Assembly: GCA_047602405.1 (NCBI GenBank)
Contig: JASGHJ010000002.1
Span: 3,072,001 to 3,136,000, forward strand
Direction of reading: 5' to 3'
From: Anaeromyxobacteraceae bacterium
Lineage (GTDB): Bacteria > Myxococcota > Myxococcia > Myxococcales > Anaeromyxobacteraceae
Length of the DNA stretch: 64,000 bases
The notes beneath the pieces are model-generated. The model saw nothing but the letters and a program-made list of their open reading frames with translations. It was not told the origin of the DNA and searched no databases. Below, piece by piece: positions 29,864-39,521 of the stretch. Within the stretch, counting starts at the first letter, position 1. Each line of letters opens with the position of its first letter. The position numbers were made by a program, and so were the translations under genes.

Positions 29864-31434
29864 TCGCGGGGTTTCAGGAGCGGGAAGAGGATGACGTCGC
29901 GGATGGAGGCGGCGTCGGTGAGGAGCATCGTGAGCCGGTCGATGCCGATGCCCTCGCCGGCGGTGGGCGGCATGCCGTGCTCGAGCGCCCGCACGAAGTC
30001 CTCGTCGAACGGCATCGCCTCGTCGTCGCCGGCGGCCTTCGCCTTCATCTGCGCCTCGAAGCGGGCGCGCTGGTCGACGGGGTCGTTGAGCTCGGAGAAC
30101 GCGTTCGCGAACTCCATCCCGGCGATGAAGATCTCGAACCGGTCGACGAGGCGCGGGTCGGCGTCGCGGCGGCGGGAGAGCGGGGAGGTCTCTATGGGGA
30201 AGTCGACGACGAACGCGGGGCGGTCCTTCGGCAGCCTCGGCTCGCAGAAGATCTCGAAGGCGAGCGCGATGGCCTCGCCCGGCGACTTCTTCGCGGCCTG
30301 CTCGAGCTTCCAGGCGCCCTCGGAGTCCTTCTCGCTCGCGGCGGCGCGGGCGAGCGCCTCGGCGAGCCCCTTGCCCGCGAGCGCGTCCTCCGGCGAGAGC
30401 CCGAGCGCCTTCGCGCCCTCGGCGAGCATCGAGACCCGCGGGTACGGCGGGGTGAGGTCGATCTCCTGCCCCTGGTAGACGACCTTCGGGCCGCCCGTCA
30501 CCTTCACCGCGAGCTCGTGGAAGAGCGCCTCGGTGAGCCGGATGAGGTCCTCGCAGGTCGCGTGGGCCTCGTAGAACTCGATGGTCGTGAACTCCGGGTT
30601 GTGGCGCCGGTCGATGCCCTCGTTGCGCCAGATGCGGCCGATCTCGTAGACGCGCTCGAGGCCGCCCACGACGAGGCGCTTCAGGTGCAGCTCGGTCGCG
30701 ATGCGCAGCTTGAGGTCGAGGTCGAGCGCGTTGTGGTGCGTCTCGAAGGGCCGCGCCGCGGCGCCGCCCGCCTCCTCCGGCTTGTGGAGGGTGGGCGTCT
30801 CGACCTCGAGGTAGCCGCGGTCGTCGAGGAAGCGGCGGATCGTCGACACAATCCGTGAGCGCCGCCGGAAGGTCTCGCGGACGCCCTCGGTGACGATGAG
30901 GTCGACGTACCGCTGGCGGTAGCGCTGCTCGACGTCGCCGAGGCCGTGCCACTTGTCCGGCAGGGGGCGCATCGCCTTCGTGAGGACCGTGAACGTCCGG
31001 GCCTCGATCGTCAGCTCGCCGGTCTTCGTCCGGGTGGCCGGGCCGCTCGCGCGCACGACGTCGCCGATGTCGGTGAGCTTGAAGACCTCGAAGTCCCGCT
31101 CGGAGACCTTGTCCTTCTTCACCCAGACCTGGAGGTCGCCGGAGCGGTCGCGCACCTTCAGGAAGGCGGCCTTGCCGAAGGACTTGAGCGCGAGGACGCG
31201 GCCCGCGACGGCCCAGTCGCCCGGGTCCTTCGCGATCTCGTCGGCGGGCGCCTCGCCGTACCGGGCCTGGACGTCGGCCGCGAGGTGCGCGGGCGGCTGG
31301 CCGTTGCCGTAGGGGTTCACGCCCAGGGCCCGGAGGGCCTCGGCCTTCTTCAGGCGCTGCGCGATGATCTCGCGCTCGTTCGCGCCGAGGTCATCCCGGT
31401 CACCGGGGGTCTCAGGGGTCGTCTGGTCTCGCAT
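29860..31434 (-). CDS. lysS: Lysyl-tRNA synthetase (class II)
   Basis: OB fold, RYRQRY, GGAAARPF.THHNAL, RNEGIDRRHNPEFT, GMPPTAGEGIGIDRL. Confidence 0.98.
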   Translation of the reverse strand: MRDQTTPETPGDRDDLGANEREIIAQRLKKAEALRALGVNPYGNGQPPAHLAADVQARYGEAPADEIAKDPGDWAVAGRVLALKSFGKAAFLKVRDRSGDLQVWVKKDKVSERDFEVFKLTDIGDVVRASGPATRTKTGELTIEARTFTVLTKAMRPLPDKWHGLGDVEQRYRQRYVDLIVTEGVRETFRRRSRIVSTIRRFLDDRGYLEVETPTLHKPEEAGGAAARPFETHHNALDLDLKLRIATELHLKRLVVGGLERVYEIGRIWRNEGIDRRHNPEFTTIEFYEAHATCEDLIRLTEALFHELAVKVTGGPKVVYQGQEIDLTPPYPRVSMLAEGAKALGLSPEDALAGKGLAEALARAAASEKDSEGAWKLEQAAKKSPGEAIALAFEIFCEPRLPKDRPAFVVDFPIETSPLSRRRDADPRLVDRFEIFIAGMEFANAFSELNDPVDQRARFEAQMKAKAAGDDEAMPFDEDFVRALEHGMPPTAGEGIGIDRLTMLLTDAASIRDVILFPLLKPRD

Positions 31435-31476
31435 GTCTCGGTTTCGCCTGGGATTTGTGCCAGAGGCGAACGGGCG

Positions 31477-31505
31477 AGGCTAGTGCGCCGGCGCCGGTGC
31501 GTCAA
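31477..31505 (-). promoter_or_regulatory. Putative sigma70 promoter of the lysS-lol-bam-lpx operon
   Basis: Minus strand TTGACG-N17-TAGCCT about 40 nt upstream of the lysS ATG. Confidence 0.6.
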
Positions 31506-31619
31506 CGCGAGAACGCTCGCCGGACCGGGGGATTCCCGCGTACCGCGGCGGTCCGGTCCGGGGGGGCCGCGAACGGCGGCGGGTTCGCACCCCCCCGCGC
31601 CGGCTGCTACGCTCCGGCG

Positions 31620-32195
31620 ATGCAGCCCAGGGTCCGCGCGCGCCACATGAAGAACCTGCTCGCGGCCATCGACCGGATGCCGTCGCACGACCGGGATCCC
31701 GTCCACGCGCGCATCGCGGTGACCACGGGGCGGACCGTCCAGGACGCCTCCGCCGTCGACTGGCTGCCCGCGCAGGTGAACCTCGAGGTGACCCGGGCCG
31801 TGTTCGCCGGGCTCGGGCCGGAGGGCGGCGCCCGGTTCTTCCGCGGGACCATGCGCGACGCGTTCACCGGGCCGCTGCTCCGGATCATCACCGACGCCGC
31901 CCGCAGGGTGCTGAGGCTCGACCCGGCCTCGTTCGCGGGCTGGGTGGGCACCGGCTGGACGCTCGTGTTCCGCGACTGCGGCCGCTGGACCGTGCAGCGC
32001 GCCGGGTCGGGCGAGGCGCACGTGCGGCTCGAGGAGCTCGCGCCGGAGTACGCGAAGGACCGGATCTGGCTCGCCTCGCACGCCGCCTCGTTCGAGGCGT
32101 TCTTCGACGTCGCGGCGACCGTGGGCTCGGTGGTGCTGCAGGAGGTCGAGGCCTCGCACGGCCGCGCCCTGTACGTGATCCGCTGGAGGGTGTAG
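31620..32195 (+). CDS. Hypothetical protein (resembles myxobacterial DUF2378/V4R-like family)
   Basis: 191 aa, high GC3, WLP motif and terminal IRW; family assignment is tentative. Confidence 0.6.
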   Translation: MQPRVRARHMKNLLAAIDRMPSHDRDPVHARIAVTTGRTVQDASAVDWLPAQVNLEVTRAVFAGLGPEGGARFFRGTMRDAFTGPLLRIITDAARRVLRLDPASFAGWVGTGWTLVFRDCGRWTVQRAGSGEAHVRLEELAPEYAKDRIWLASHAASFEAFFDVAATVGSVVLQEVEASHGRALYVIRWRV

Positions 32196-32245
32196 GCCCC
32201 CGCCGGCCCGTTGCGCCCACCTCCGCGCCCCTGCTAACGCTCGGA

Positions 32246-33067
32246 GTGCACGTGACCCCGGTCCTCGCCCTCGCCTGGCTGCTCGCGATCGCGCCCGCCG
32301 CCGATCCCGAGGCGGCCTACCTCGAGTCCCGCGCGCTCCTCGCCGCGGGCGGCGAGGCCGGCGTGGACCGCGCGATCGACCGCGCCCAGGAGGCCGTGGC
32401 CACGTCCCCGGACGTCGCGCGCTACCAGCACCAGCTCGGCACCGCCTGCGCGCGGAAGGCCATGACCGGCACGTTCGCGGCGGTGCGCTACGCGGGGCGC
32501 ATCGAGCGCGCCTTCGAGCGCGCGGTCGCGCTCGAGCCCCGCTGGATCGAGGCGCGCCAGTCGCTGCTCGGGTTCCGCCTCATCGCGCCGCGCCTCCTCG
32601 GCGGCTCGATCGACGCGGCCGAGGCCCAGGCCCGCGCGATCACCCAGCTCGATCCGCTGCTCGGCGCGATGGCCTTCATGGCCGTGCACCACGCGCGCGG
32701 CGCGTGGGCCTCGCTCGAGCGCGACGCGCTCGCGGCGGCGCCGATGGCCGTCGCGCCCGCCCACCGCCGGCAGCTCCTCGCGCTGCTCTCCGCCGCCGGG
32801 TACCCGGTCGTCGACGACGGCGCGTTCGGGCCGCTCTGGCTCGTGGCCCTGCCCGCGCGGCGGGGCACCGAGACGAGCGTGGCGGACGCGTTCAAGGCGT
32901 CGGAGGCGGCGTACCGGACCGCGCTCGCGCTGTCGGGGCCGGCGGCCTCGAGCCCTGCCCCCACCACGGTGGCCGCCACCGAGCCTCCCGCGGCCGCGAA
33001 GCCGCCCCAGAAGGCGAAGGTGCGCGGGAAGCGGAGGGCGCAGGCGAGGCCGGCGGGCGAGGGGTGA
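32246..33067 (+). CDS. Exported TPR-like hypothetical protein
   Basis: Signal-like N-terminus, AFERAVALEP...APRLLGGS helical repeats. Confidence 0.65.
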   Translation: MHVTPVLALAWLLAIAPAADPEAAYLESRALLAAGGEAGVDRAIDRAQEAVATSPDVARYQHQLGTACARKAMTGTFAAVRYAGRIERAFERAVALEPRWIEARQSLLGFRLIAPRLLGGSIDAAEAQARAITQLDPLLGAMAFMAVHHARGAWASLERDALAAAPMAVAPAHRRQLLALLSAAGYPVVDDGAFGPLWLVALPARRGTETSVADAFKASEAAYRTALALSGPAASSPAPTTVAATEPPAAAKPPQKAKVRGKRRAQARPAGEG

Positions 33068-33071
33068 GGAC

Positions 33072-34673
33072 CTACCCCCTGGGCGCCCAGAGCCGGTAGT
33101 CGATCTCCGGGAACAGGTTGTCCCGGGACTCGACCTGGGCGAGCCAGGCGGGGTCGACCTGGCGCTGGCGAAGCTGGTCGTGCAGGCGCGTGAAGCGGAG
33201 CACGTGCTCCTTCGTGCGGCGGATGGCGTAGTCGACCATCGTGCCGGTCTTCATGATGAAGGCCCAGTCGGAGGACTGCGCGAGCAACAGCTCGCGGCCG
33301 GCCTGGTCGAGCGCGCGGCGCTCGAGGTCGGTCGGCTCCCGGAAGTCCTTCGCGAGCGCGATCATGCGCTCGGCGGCCTTCGTGAGGTGCCGGTAGATCC
33401 AGTCGTTCGAGCCGTCGAGCCAGACGCCGCCGTAGCCGCCCGCGCCCCAGCTGCAGAGCGGCGGGGTGGCGAGCTGCTGCTCGGGGTTCTCGCGCAGGTA
33501 CTCGCCCGGCGTGGCGAGCCGGAAGATGCGCTGGTCGAAGGCGACCTTTCGCACGAGGTGGTCGATGAAGGTCGGCCCCTCGTACCACCAGTGGCCGTAG
33601 AGCTCGGCGTCGTACGGCGAGATCACGATCGGCCGCACGCCGTTCATCCGCGAGGCGAGGTGCTCGATCTGCCGCTCGCGGTTGAACATGAAGTTGCCCG
33701 CGTGGGCGGCGGCGCGCTCCCGCGCGCGGACCGGATCGTACGGCTGCTTGTGCGCGGTCTTGCCGGTGATCCGGTAGTACTTGATGCCGACGTTCTTCCG
33801 CTGGCCGGTCGGCTGGATGTACGGCTTCACGTAGTCGTAGTCGAGGTCCCAGCCGACGTCCCGGTAGAACTCGCGGTAGTCGGGATCGCCGGGGTAGCCC
33901 GACTCGGCGCTCCACACCTGCAGCGACGACTCCGGATCGCGGCCGAACGCGGCCGGCCCGGTCGGCGTGTAGATCGGCGCGTACACCCCGAAGCGCGGGC
34001 GCGGCGTCGCGTCGGTGATGCCGTGCGTGTCGACGAAGAAGAAGCGGATGTTCTCCTCGGCGAGGAACGCGTCGAGCCCGGGGAAGTAGCCGCACTCGGG
34101 CAGCCAGATGCCCGCCGGATCCTTCCCGAAGTGGCGCCGGTGGTGGCGCGCCGCGACCGCGATCTGCGCGCGGACCGCCTCGGGGTACTGCTGCATGAGC
34201 GGCAGGAACCCGTGCGTCGCGCCGCAGGTGACGATCTCGAGGCGCCCCGCCTCCTCGAGGCGCCGGAACGCGGCCACGAGGTCGCGCCGGTAGCGGTCGT
34301 CGAAGAGCGCGCGGAGCTCCCGGAACTCCGCCTGGTGGTGCAGCGCGAGCCCGTGGAACGTCGGGTCGCTGCGGGTGCGGTGGACCTCCTTGTCGGCGAG
34401 CTCGCACAGCCGCTCGAGGCGGCGCGCGTAGCGCGTCATGAGGAGCTCGTCGCGCAGCATGGCGACGAGCGGCGGCGACATGGTGAGCGAGACCCGGAAC
34501 GGGATCCCCTCGTCGGTCAGCCGGTCGAACACCCGGAGGAGCGGGAGGTACGTCTCCGAGATGGCCTCGTAGAGCCAGTCCTCCTCGAGGAAGTCCTCGT
34601 ACTCCGGGTGACGTACGAAGGGGAGGTGGGCGTGGAGGTGGAGGGAGACGTAGCCGAGCACGTCGGGGCCCAT
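33072..34673 (-). CDS. GH57 1,4-alpha-glucan branching enzyme (DUF1957 C-terminus)
   Basis: LHAHLPFVRHP, ETYLPLL, GIWLPEC, YDAELYGHWWYEG, LLAQSSDWAF. Confidence 0.92.
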   Translation of the reverse strand: MGPDVLGYVSLHLHAHLPFVRHPEYEDFLEEDWLYEAISETYLPLLRVFDRLTDEGIPFRVSLTMSPPLVAMLRDELLMTRYARRLERLCELADKEVHRTRSDPTFHGLALHHQAEFRELRALFDDRYRRDLVAAFRRLEEAGRLEIVTCGATHGFLPLMQQYPEAVRAQIAVAARHHRRHFGKDPAGIWLPECGYFPGLDAFLAEENIRFFFVDTHGITDATPRPRFGVYAPIYTPTGPAAFGRDPESSLQVWSAESGYPGDPDYREFYRDVGWDLDYDYVKPYIQPTGQRKNVGIKYYRITGKTAHKQPYDPVRARERAAAHAGNFMFNRERQIEHLASRMNGVRPIVISPYDAELYGHWWYEGPTFIDHLVRKVAFDQRIFRLATPGEYLRENPEQQLATPPLCSWGAGGYGGVWLDGSNDWIYRHLTKAAERMIALAKDFREPTDLERRALDQAGRELLLAQSSDWAFIMKTGTMVDYAIRRTKEHVLRFTRLHDQLRQRQVDPAWLAQVESRDNLFPEIDYRLWAPRG

Positions 34674-35738
34674 CTACGGGCCCCTCCCTGCCCCCGACCC
34701 GGCCATGCCGGAACCCGAGCCCGAGCCCATGCCCGGGCCGCGGGTGCTCATCGCCGCGCCGATCCCGCCCTGGCTGCCGCCGCCGACGCCGAAGCGCGAC
34801 CAGTCGGAGAGCCGGGCGAGGAGGGAGCGCGCCTCGTCGGAGAAGGGGCCACCCGCGTGGCCGGGCCCGAGCAGCCGCCCGAGCGGCATGTCCCAGGGGA
34901 TGCGGATGAAGCGGTCGTCGATCACCGGCGACGGGCCGAGCGGCGGGAGCATCATGTCGTTCGTGGGGTTGCCCACGAGACGATCGCCCCCGCGGCCGAC
35001 CGCGTGGATCTCGGCGCGGTACACGCGCCCCGGCTCGAGGTCGTGCACGTAGTAGCCGCGCGACTCGAGCGCGAAGTCGACGCGGCGGACCTCCTCCCAG
35101 CCGGAGCCGGCGCGGGCGAGCACGCGCAGCTCGGCGCGCGCGCCGTCCAGGCCGTCGAACGCGCGCGCGGACGTCTCGCTCGAGAAGTCCCAGAAGAGGA
35201 AGAGCGTCCGCGGATTGCGCGGGAGCGCCATGAAGGTGTCGTCGCCGTAGCCCCAGGGCAGCTCGCCGAGCCCCTCCTCCACCGGCTGCGCCTCCGGGTC
35301 CGACGGGGCGTCGCCCACCGTCTCGGTGAGCGGGTGCGGGGCCTCGCGGGCGGCGTCCTCGCCGCGCACGCGCGCGACGAAGTAGCCCTCGGCGCCCGGC
35401 GTTCCGTCGGCGACCGCCTGCTTCGCCGCCGCCGGCTTCGGGGCGGCCTTGCGCGGCGCGCGCGGCTTCTTCTCGGCCGGCGCCTTCTTCCCGGCGGGCG
35501 CGGTCGTCGCGGCGGGCGCCCGCTTCGCGACGGGCGCCTTCGGCGCCGCGGCAGGCTTCTTCCCGGCGGCGGGGCGGGGGGCGGCGGCCTTGCGGGCGGC
35601 GGGCTTCTTCTCCGCGGCCGGCTTCGCAGGCTGCTTCGGCTCCGCCCTGGGCTTCGGCTCCGCCTTCGGCTTCGGGGCCGCGTTCGCGGCCGACCGGGAC
35701 GCCGCGGGCGCGGCCTTCTTCTTCTTCGTGTCGGCCAT
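34674..35738 (-). CDS. DUF4912 domain protein with Lys/Ala/Pro-rich N-terminus
   Basis: LGELPWGYGDD...LPRNPRTLFLFWD...YRAEI; abuts the GH57 gene. Confidence 0.78.
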   Translation of the reverse strand: MADTKKKKAAPAASRSAANAAPKPKAEPKPRAEPKQPAKPAAEKKPAARKAAAPRPAAGKKPAAAPKAPVAKRAPAATTAPAGKKAPAEKKPRAPRKAAPKPAAAKQAVADGTPGAEGYFVARVRGEDAAREAPHPLTETVGDAPSDPEAQPVEEGLGELPWGYGDDTFMALPRNPRTLFLFWDFSSETSARAFDGLDGARAELRVLARAGSGWEEVRRVDFALESRGYYVHDLEPGRVYRAEIHAVGRGGDRLVGNPTNDMMLPPLGPSPVIDDRFIRIPWDMPLGRLLGPGHAGGPFSDEARSLLARLSDWSRFGVGGGSQGGIGAAMSTRGPGMGSGSGSGMAGSGAGRGP

Positions 35739-35878
35739 GGCTCTCACCGGGTAGGAATCAGCCTTGTACCTGGATCGTCAAGGTGTTTCGAGGGTCCGCG
35801 GCACGTCGTCCGGGCACCGCCGGAAGCCTGCGGCCGGTCCGGTCGTCTGGTAGGCTGACCCCAGGACGGCAGGCCCCC

Positions 35879-38023
35879 TTGGACGACCCCGGATCCTCCG
35901 AGAAGAATCCCGCGAAGTGCGAAAACTGCGGGGAAGCGCACCGCCCCGAGGACCCGTGCCCACGGTCCGCGTCGGGGACGCTGCTCTTCGAGGTGCCGCA
36001 GGAGGTCCTCGCGGCGCGCCGGACGGCCGCGACCCGGCCGCCTCCCCCGCGCGAGGCGTCCCTGCCATCGCCCGCCCCGTCCACCGAGGCCGTCCAGCCC
36101 GACACCGTTCCCCCCGGCGCCACGCCGGCGCGCGCCGGCGAGGCCGCGGCGGGGCCCGACCCGCTCGTCGGCCAGAAGGTCGGCAGCTTCATGGTGCAGC
36201 ACCTGCTCGGCAAGGGCGGGATGGGCACGGTGTACCTCGCCGAGCACCCGGTCATCGGCTCGAAGGTCGCGATCAAGTTCCTGCACGAGTCGCTCGGCTC
36301 CGAGCCGCAGACGGTGGCGCGCTTCTACGACGAGGCGAAGGCCGTCAACCTCATCGGCCACGAGAACATCGTCGGCATCTACGACCTCAACCTGCTGCCG
36401 CCGAACCGCTACTACTACGTGATGGAGTACCTCGAGGGCTCGACGCTCGCCGCCCTCGAGAAGCAGGGTCGCCTCCCGGTGAAGGTGCAGCTCGACGTCC
36501 TCAACCAGCTCTGCGACGCGCTCCAGCGCGCTCACGAGCGCGGCGTCGTCCACCGCGATCTCAAGCCCGAGAACGTGTTCCTCGTGCAGCGCCGCGGCAA
36601 GGCCCACTTCGTGAAGCTCGTGGACTTCGGCATCGCGAAGCTGCGCGGCGCGGCCGGCGCGAACCGCGTCACCGGGCGCACCGAGGCGGGCGTCATCATC
36701 GGGACGCCCGAGTACATGGCCCCCGAGCAGTGCGAGGACGGGACCATCGACGCCCGCACCGACGTGTACGCGCTCGGCGTGATGGCGTTCGAGATGGCGA
36801 CCGGCCGCCTCCCGTTCGGCGGCCGCAGCGTCACCCAGCTCCTCCTCGCGCACCTCCAGAAGGCGCCGCCGCGGCCCTCCGAGCTCGCCCCGGTCGAGGC
36901 CTCGCTCGAGCGCGCCATCCTCCGCGCGCTCGAGAAGGATCCCGCCGACCGCTTCCAGGACATGGCGAGCTTCGCGGAGGCGCTGCGCGACGTGCCCCGC
37001 GAGCCGCGCCGCGCGGCGCCCGCGCCGGTCGTCGCGCCGGTCGCGGCGCCCGCCGTCGCGCCGGCCACGTCCGGGAAGCCGCCCGCCGCCGCGCCCGCGC
37101 TCACCCCCGCCCCGGGGCAGGCGCCCGCGATCACGCCGCTGCCCACCCCGCCCATCGTCACGGCGGAGGTCCGGTCCGGCGACGCGGCGCCCGTGTCGCT
37201 GCCCATCACCGAGATCACCCGCGCCGGGCTGTTCCTCGGGGCCGAGAAGGGCCTGCCCCCGCTGATGTCGCGGGTGCTCCTCTCGCTCTCGCACCCCTCG
37301 CTGCGCGGGAGGGTGGAGCTCGCGGGGCAGGTCGTGCGCCACGTCACGCCCGCCGAGGCGCACGCCTGGAAGATGCTCCCCGGCTACGCGGTCCAGTTCA
37401 TGGACCCCGCCCCCGAGGCGCGCGCGGTGATCACGCTCCTCGCCGACGAGCAGCGGCGCGATGTCGGCCGCGAGGCCGCGCCGGTGCGGCCGGCCCGGAG
37501 CCCCGAGGAGCGCCTGCGCGTCCTCGAGGCGCGCGCCGGCCAGACGCCGTACGAGCTCCTCGGCCTGAAGCCCGACGCCGAGTTCTCGGAGGTGCGCCGC
37601 GCGCTGAAGGCGCTGCGCGACGACCTCGAGGACGTCCGCACGCGGCCCGGCGCGCCGGAGCACCCGTCCCGCGCCGCCGCGCTCCTCGCCCGGGTCGACG
37701 CGGCGCAGGCGGCGCTCGGCGCGCCGCCGGCGCGGCTCGCCCACGACGCGCAGCGCGGCAACTTCCGCGGCGTCGCGCGCTGCGTCTCCGCGGGCGTCCC
37801 CGCCGCGCTCATCGAGGCCCGCCGCCGGTCGCTCCTCGCCGAGAAGCCCGAGCGCGCGGCCGAGGCCCAGCGGCAGCTCGCCCGCGCCCAGGTCGCCCGG
37901 CGCCTCGGGAACCCCGGGGCGGCCCTGGCCGCCTACGAGGCCGCGCTCGCGGCGGATCCCCTCGATCTCGCGACGCTCGAGGCCTGGCAGGCGTACCGGC
38001 GGGAGCACCGCGCCGATGAATGA
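35879..38023 (+). CDS. Hanks-type Ser/Thr protein kinase with PilZ-like, J-like and TPR C-terminal regions
   Basis: LGKGGMGTVY, VAIK, HRDLKPEN, DFG, GTPEYMAPEQ; start uncertain. Confidence 0.92.
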   Translation: MDDPGSSEKNPAKCENCGEAHRPEDPCPRSASGTLLFEVPQEVLAARRTAATRPPPPREASLPSPAPSTEAVQPDTVPPGATPARAGEAAAGPDPLVGQKVGSFMVQHLLGKGGMGTVYLAEHPVIGSKVAIKFLHESLGSEPQTVARFYDEAKAVNLIGHENIVGIYDLNLLPPNRYYYVMEYLEGSTLAALEKQGRLPVKVQLDVLNQLCDALQRAHERGVVHRDLKPENVFLVQRRGKAHFVKLVDFGIAKLRGAAGANRVTGRTEAGVIIGTPEYMAPEQCEDGTIDARTDVYALGVMAFEMATGRLPFGGRSVTQLLLAHLQKAPPRPSELAPVEASLERAILRALEKDPADRFQDMASFAEALRDVPREPRRAAPAPVVAPVAAPAVAPATSGKPPAAAPALTPAPGQAPAITPLPTPPIVTAEVRSGDAAPVSLPITEITRAGLFLGAEKGLPPLMSRVLLSLSHPSLRGRVELAGQVVRHVTPAEAHAWKMLPGYAVQFMDPAPEARAVITLLADEQRRDVGREAAPVRPARSPEERLRVLEARAGQTPYELLGLKPDAEFSEVRRALKALRDDLEDVRTRPGAPEHPSRAAALLARVDAAQAALGAPPARLAHDAQRGNFRGVARCVSAGVPAALIEARRRSLLAEKPERAAEAQRQLARAQVARRLGNPGAALAAYEAALAADPLDLATLEAWQAYRREHRADE

Positions 38024-38096
38024 GCGGCGACCCGGGGCCGTCTCCCCGTGGGCGGTGGCCTCGCACCACGCACTCCTGCCGTAGAATGCCCGAGCC

Positions 38097-39521
38097 ATGA
38101 CCGCGCTCCTCGTCCTCGCGCTCGCCCTCGCCGCCGATCCCGCCGCCGCCGCGGCCACGGCGGCGCCGCCCGCCGCCGAGCAGGCGCCCGCGCCCGAGCC
38201 GGCGCCCTCCGAGCCGCCCACCACCTTCGCGGACCGCGGCGCCCGCCGCTACCAGGTCGAGAAGATCGAGCTGCGCGGGCTCGAGCACACCCACGCGAGC
38301 GAGGTCCGCCGCCACGTCCTCGTCGCCGAGGGCGACCTGCTCGATCCCGAGCGCGTGTCGCTCTCGCGGCTGCGCCTCCTGCAGCTCGGCTGGTTCTCGC
38401 GCGTGGAGAGCCGCGTCGAGAAGGGCAGCGCGCGCGGCCTCGTGGTGGTCGTGTTCCAGGTGCAGGAGCGGAACACGCTCGTCATCACCGACCTCGTCTT
38501 CGGCTCGACCCCCGCGCAGTCCTTCTACGGCGGCCTGGGCCTCTCGCAGCAGAACTTCCTCGGCCGCGGCCTCGGCCTGTCGGGCGCGTTCGCCTACGGC
38601 GGCTCGCCGCAGGGGCGGCCGCAGGACCCGGCCCGCTTCGCGCTCCGCTCCGGCTTCTTCGCGCCGGACGTGTCGCTCTTCGGGCGGCGCGCGGTGCTCG
38701 GCGCGAACGCGTGGTTCCTGCGGGGCGAGGAGTTCGCCTGCCCCGACGCGGGCTGCGCCGGCTACCCGGAGCTCGCGGACGCCCCGCGCCTGCGCTACCA
38801 GCGGCTCGGCGGCGAGCTCTCCGGCGGCCTGCGCGCCGGCGCGTTCGAGCGGCTGCTCGCGGGCTACCGGTACGAGCGGGTCCGCGGGAAGGCGGTGCTC
38901 CCCTCCCCGCTCGCGTCGGTGACGACGCGCCCGGCCCAGCTCCTCCCGGGCTGGTCGGACGTCTCGGCCCTCTCGCTCACCTACGAGCTCGACACCCGCG
39001 ACGACTTCTTCTTCCCGACCGAGGGGCACCGGGTGCTCGCGCAGATCACCTTCGCGTCCCGCCTCCTCGGGAGCGACTACGAGTACTCGAAGTACCTCCT
39101 GCAGGCCGAGTCCTCCTTCGGCCTCCTCGGCATCCCCCTCCGCTTCCAGTCGGCGCTCGGCGCGGTGCAGGGCGGCGCGCCGTTCTTCGACCGGTTCTAC
39201 GCCGCGGACTGGTCGTACTTCGCGGTGGGCCCGGCGCTCGGCCGCGCGATGGACCTCAACTTCTCGACCGACCCGCGCTACGACGCCTTCCTCGCCATGG
39301 GCGGCCTCGAGTACGCGGTGCCGCTCTTCAGCGGCTCCGGCTTCTTCCGGCGGGGCTACCTCGCCCTCGGCGCGCGCGGCGTCTTCACGACCGAGACGCT
39401 CGGCGGCGCGCGCACCCGCAGCTCCCGCTCGCCGGTCTCGTGCGACGTCGCCCTGCGGCTCGACACGCCGGTCGGCGACTTCAACGCCTCCCTCGGCTAC
39501 GCGCTCGACAACGTCCTGTGA
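38097..39521 (+). CDS. Omp85/BamA-TamA family outer membrane protein, single POTRA
   Basis: Signal peptide, IELRGLEHT..VRR..L...SRLRLLQLGWF.RV POTRA, QQNFLGRG, DTRDDFFFPTEG, TPVG.F terminal strands. Confidence 0.85.
   Translation: MTALLVLALALAADPAAAAATAAPPAAEQAPAPEPAPSEPPTTFADRGARRYQVEKIELRGLEHTHASEVRRHVLVAEGDLLDPERVSLSRLRLLQLGWFSRVESRVEKGSARGLVVVVFQVQERNTLVITDLVFGSTPAQSFYGGLGLSQQNFLGRGLGLSGAFAYGGSPQGRPQDPARFALRSGFFAPDVSLFGRRAVLGANAWFLRGEEFACPDAGCAGYPELADAPRLRYQRLGGELSGGLRAGAFERLLAGYRYERVRGKAVLPSPLASVTTRPAQLLPGWSDVSALSLTYELDTRDDFFFPTEGHRVLAQITFASRLLGSDYEYSKYLLQAESSFGLLGIPLRFQSALGAVQGGAPFFDRFYAADWSYFAVGPALGRAMDLNFSTDPRYDAFLAMGGLEYAVPLFSGSGFFRRGYLALGARGVFTTETLGGARTRSSRSPVSCDVALRLDTPVGDFNASLGYALDNVL

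Noticed and set aside
24794..30952. 2052-aa ORF suggesting a lysS/lol/bamA fusion
   Set aside because: Same artefact: it contains bamA plus the frameshifted N-termini of lolD and lolC/E separated by Arg/Pro-rich off-frame sequence.
35753..35781. Sigma70 promoter upstream of the DUF4912 gene
   Set aside because: A TTGACG -35 is present on the minus strand but there is no convincing -10 at 16-18 nt spacing.
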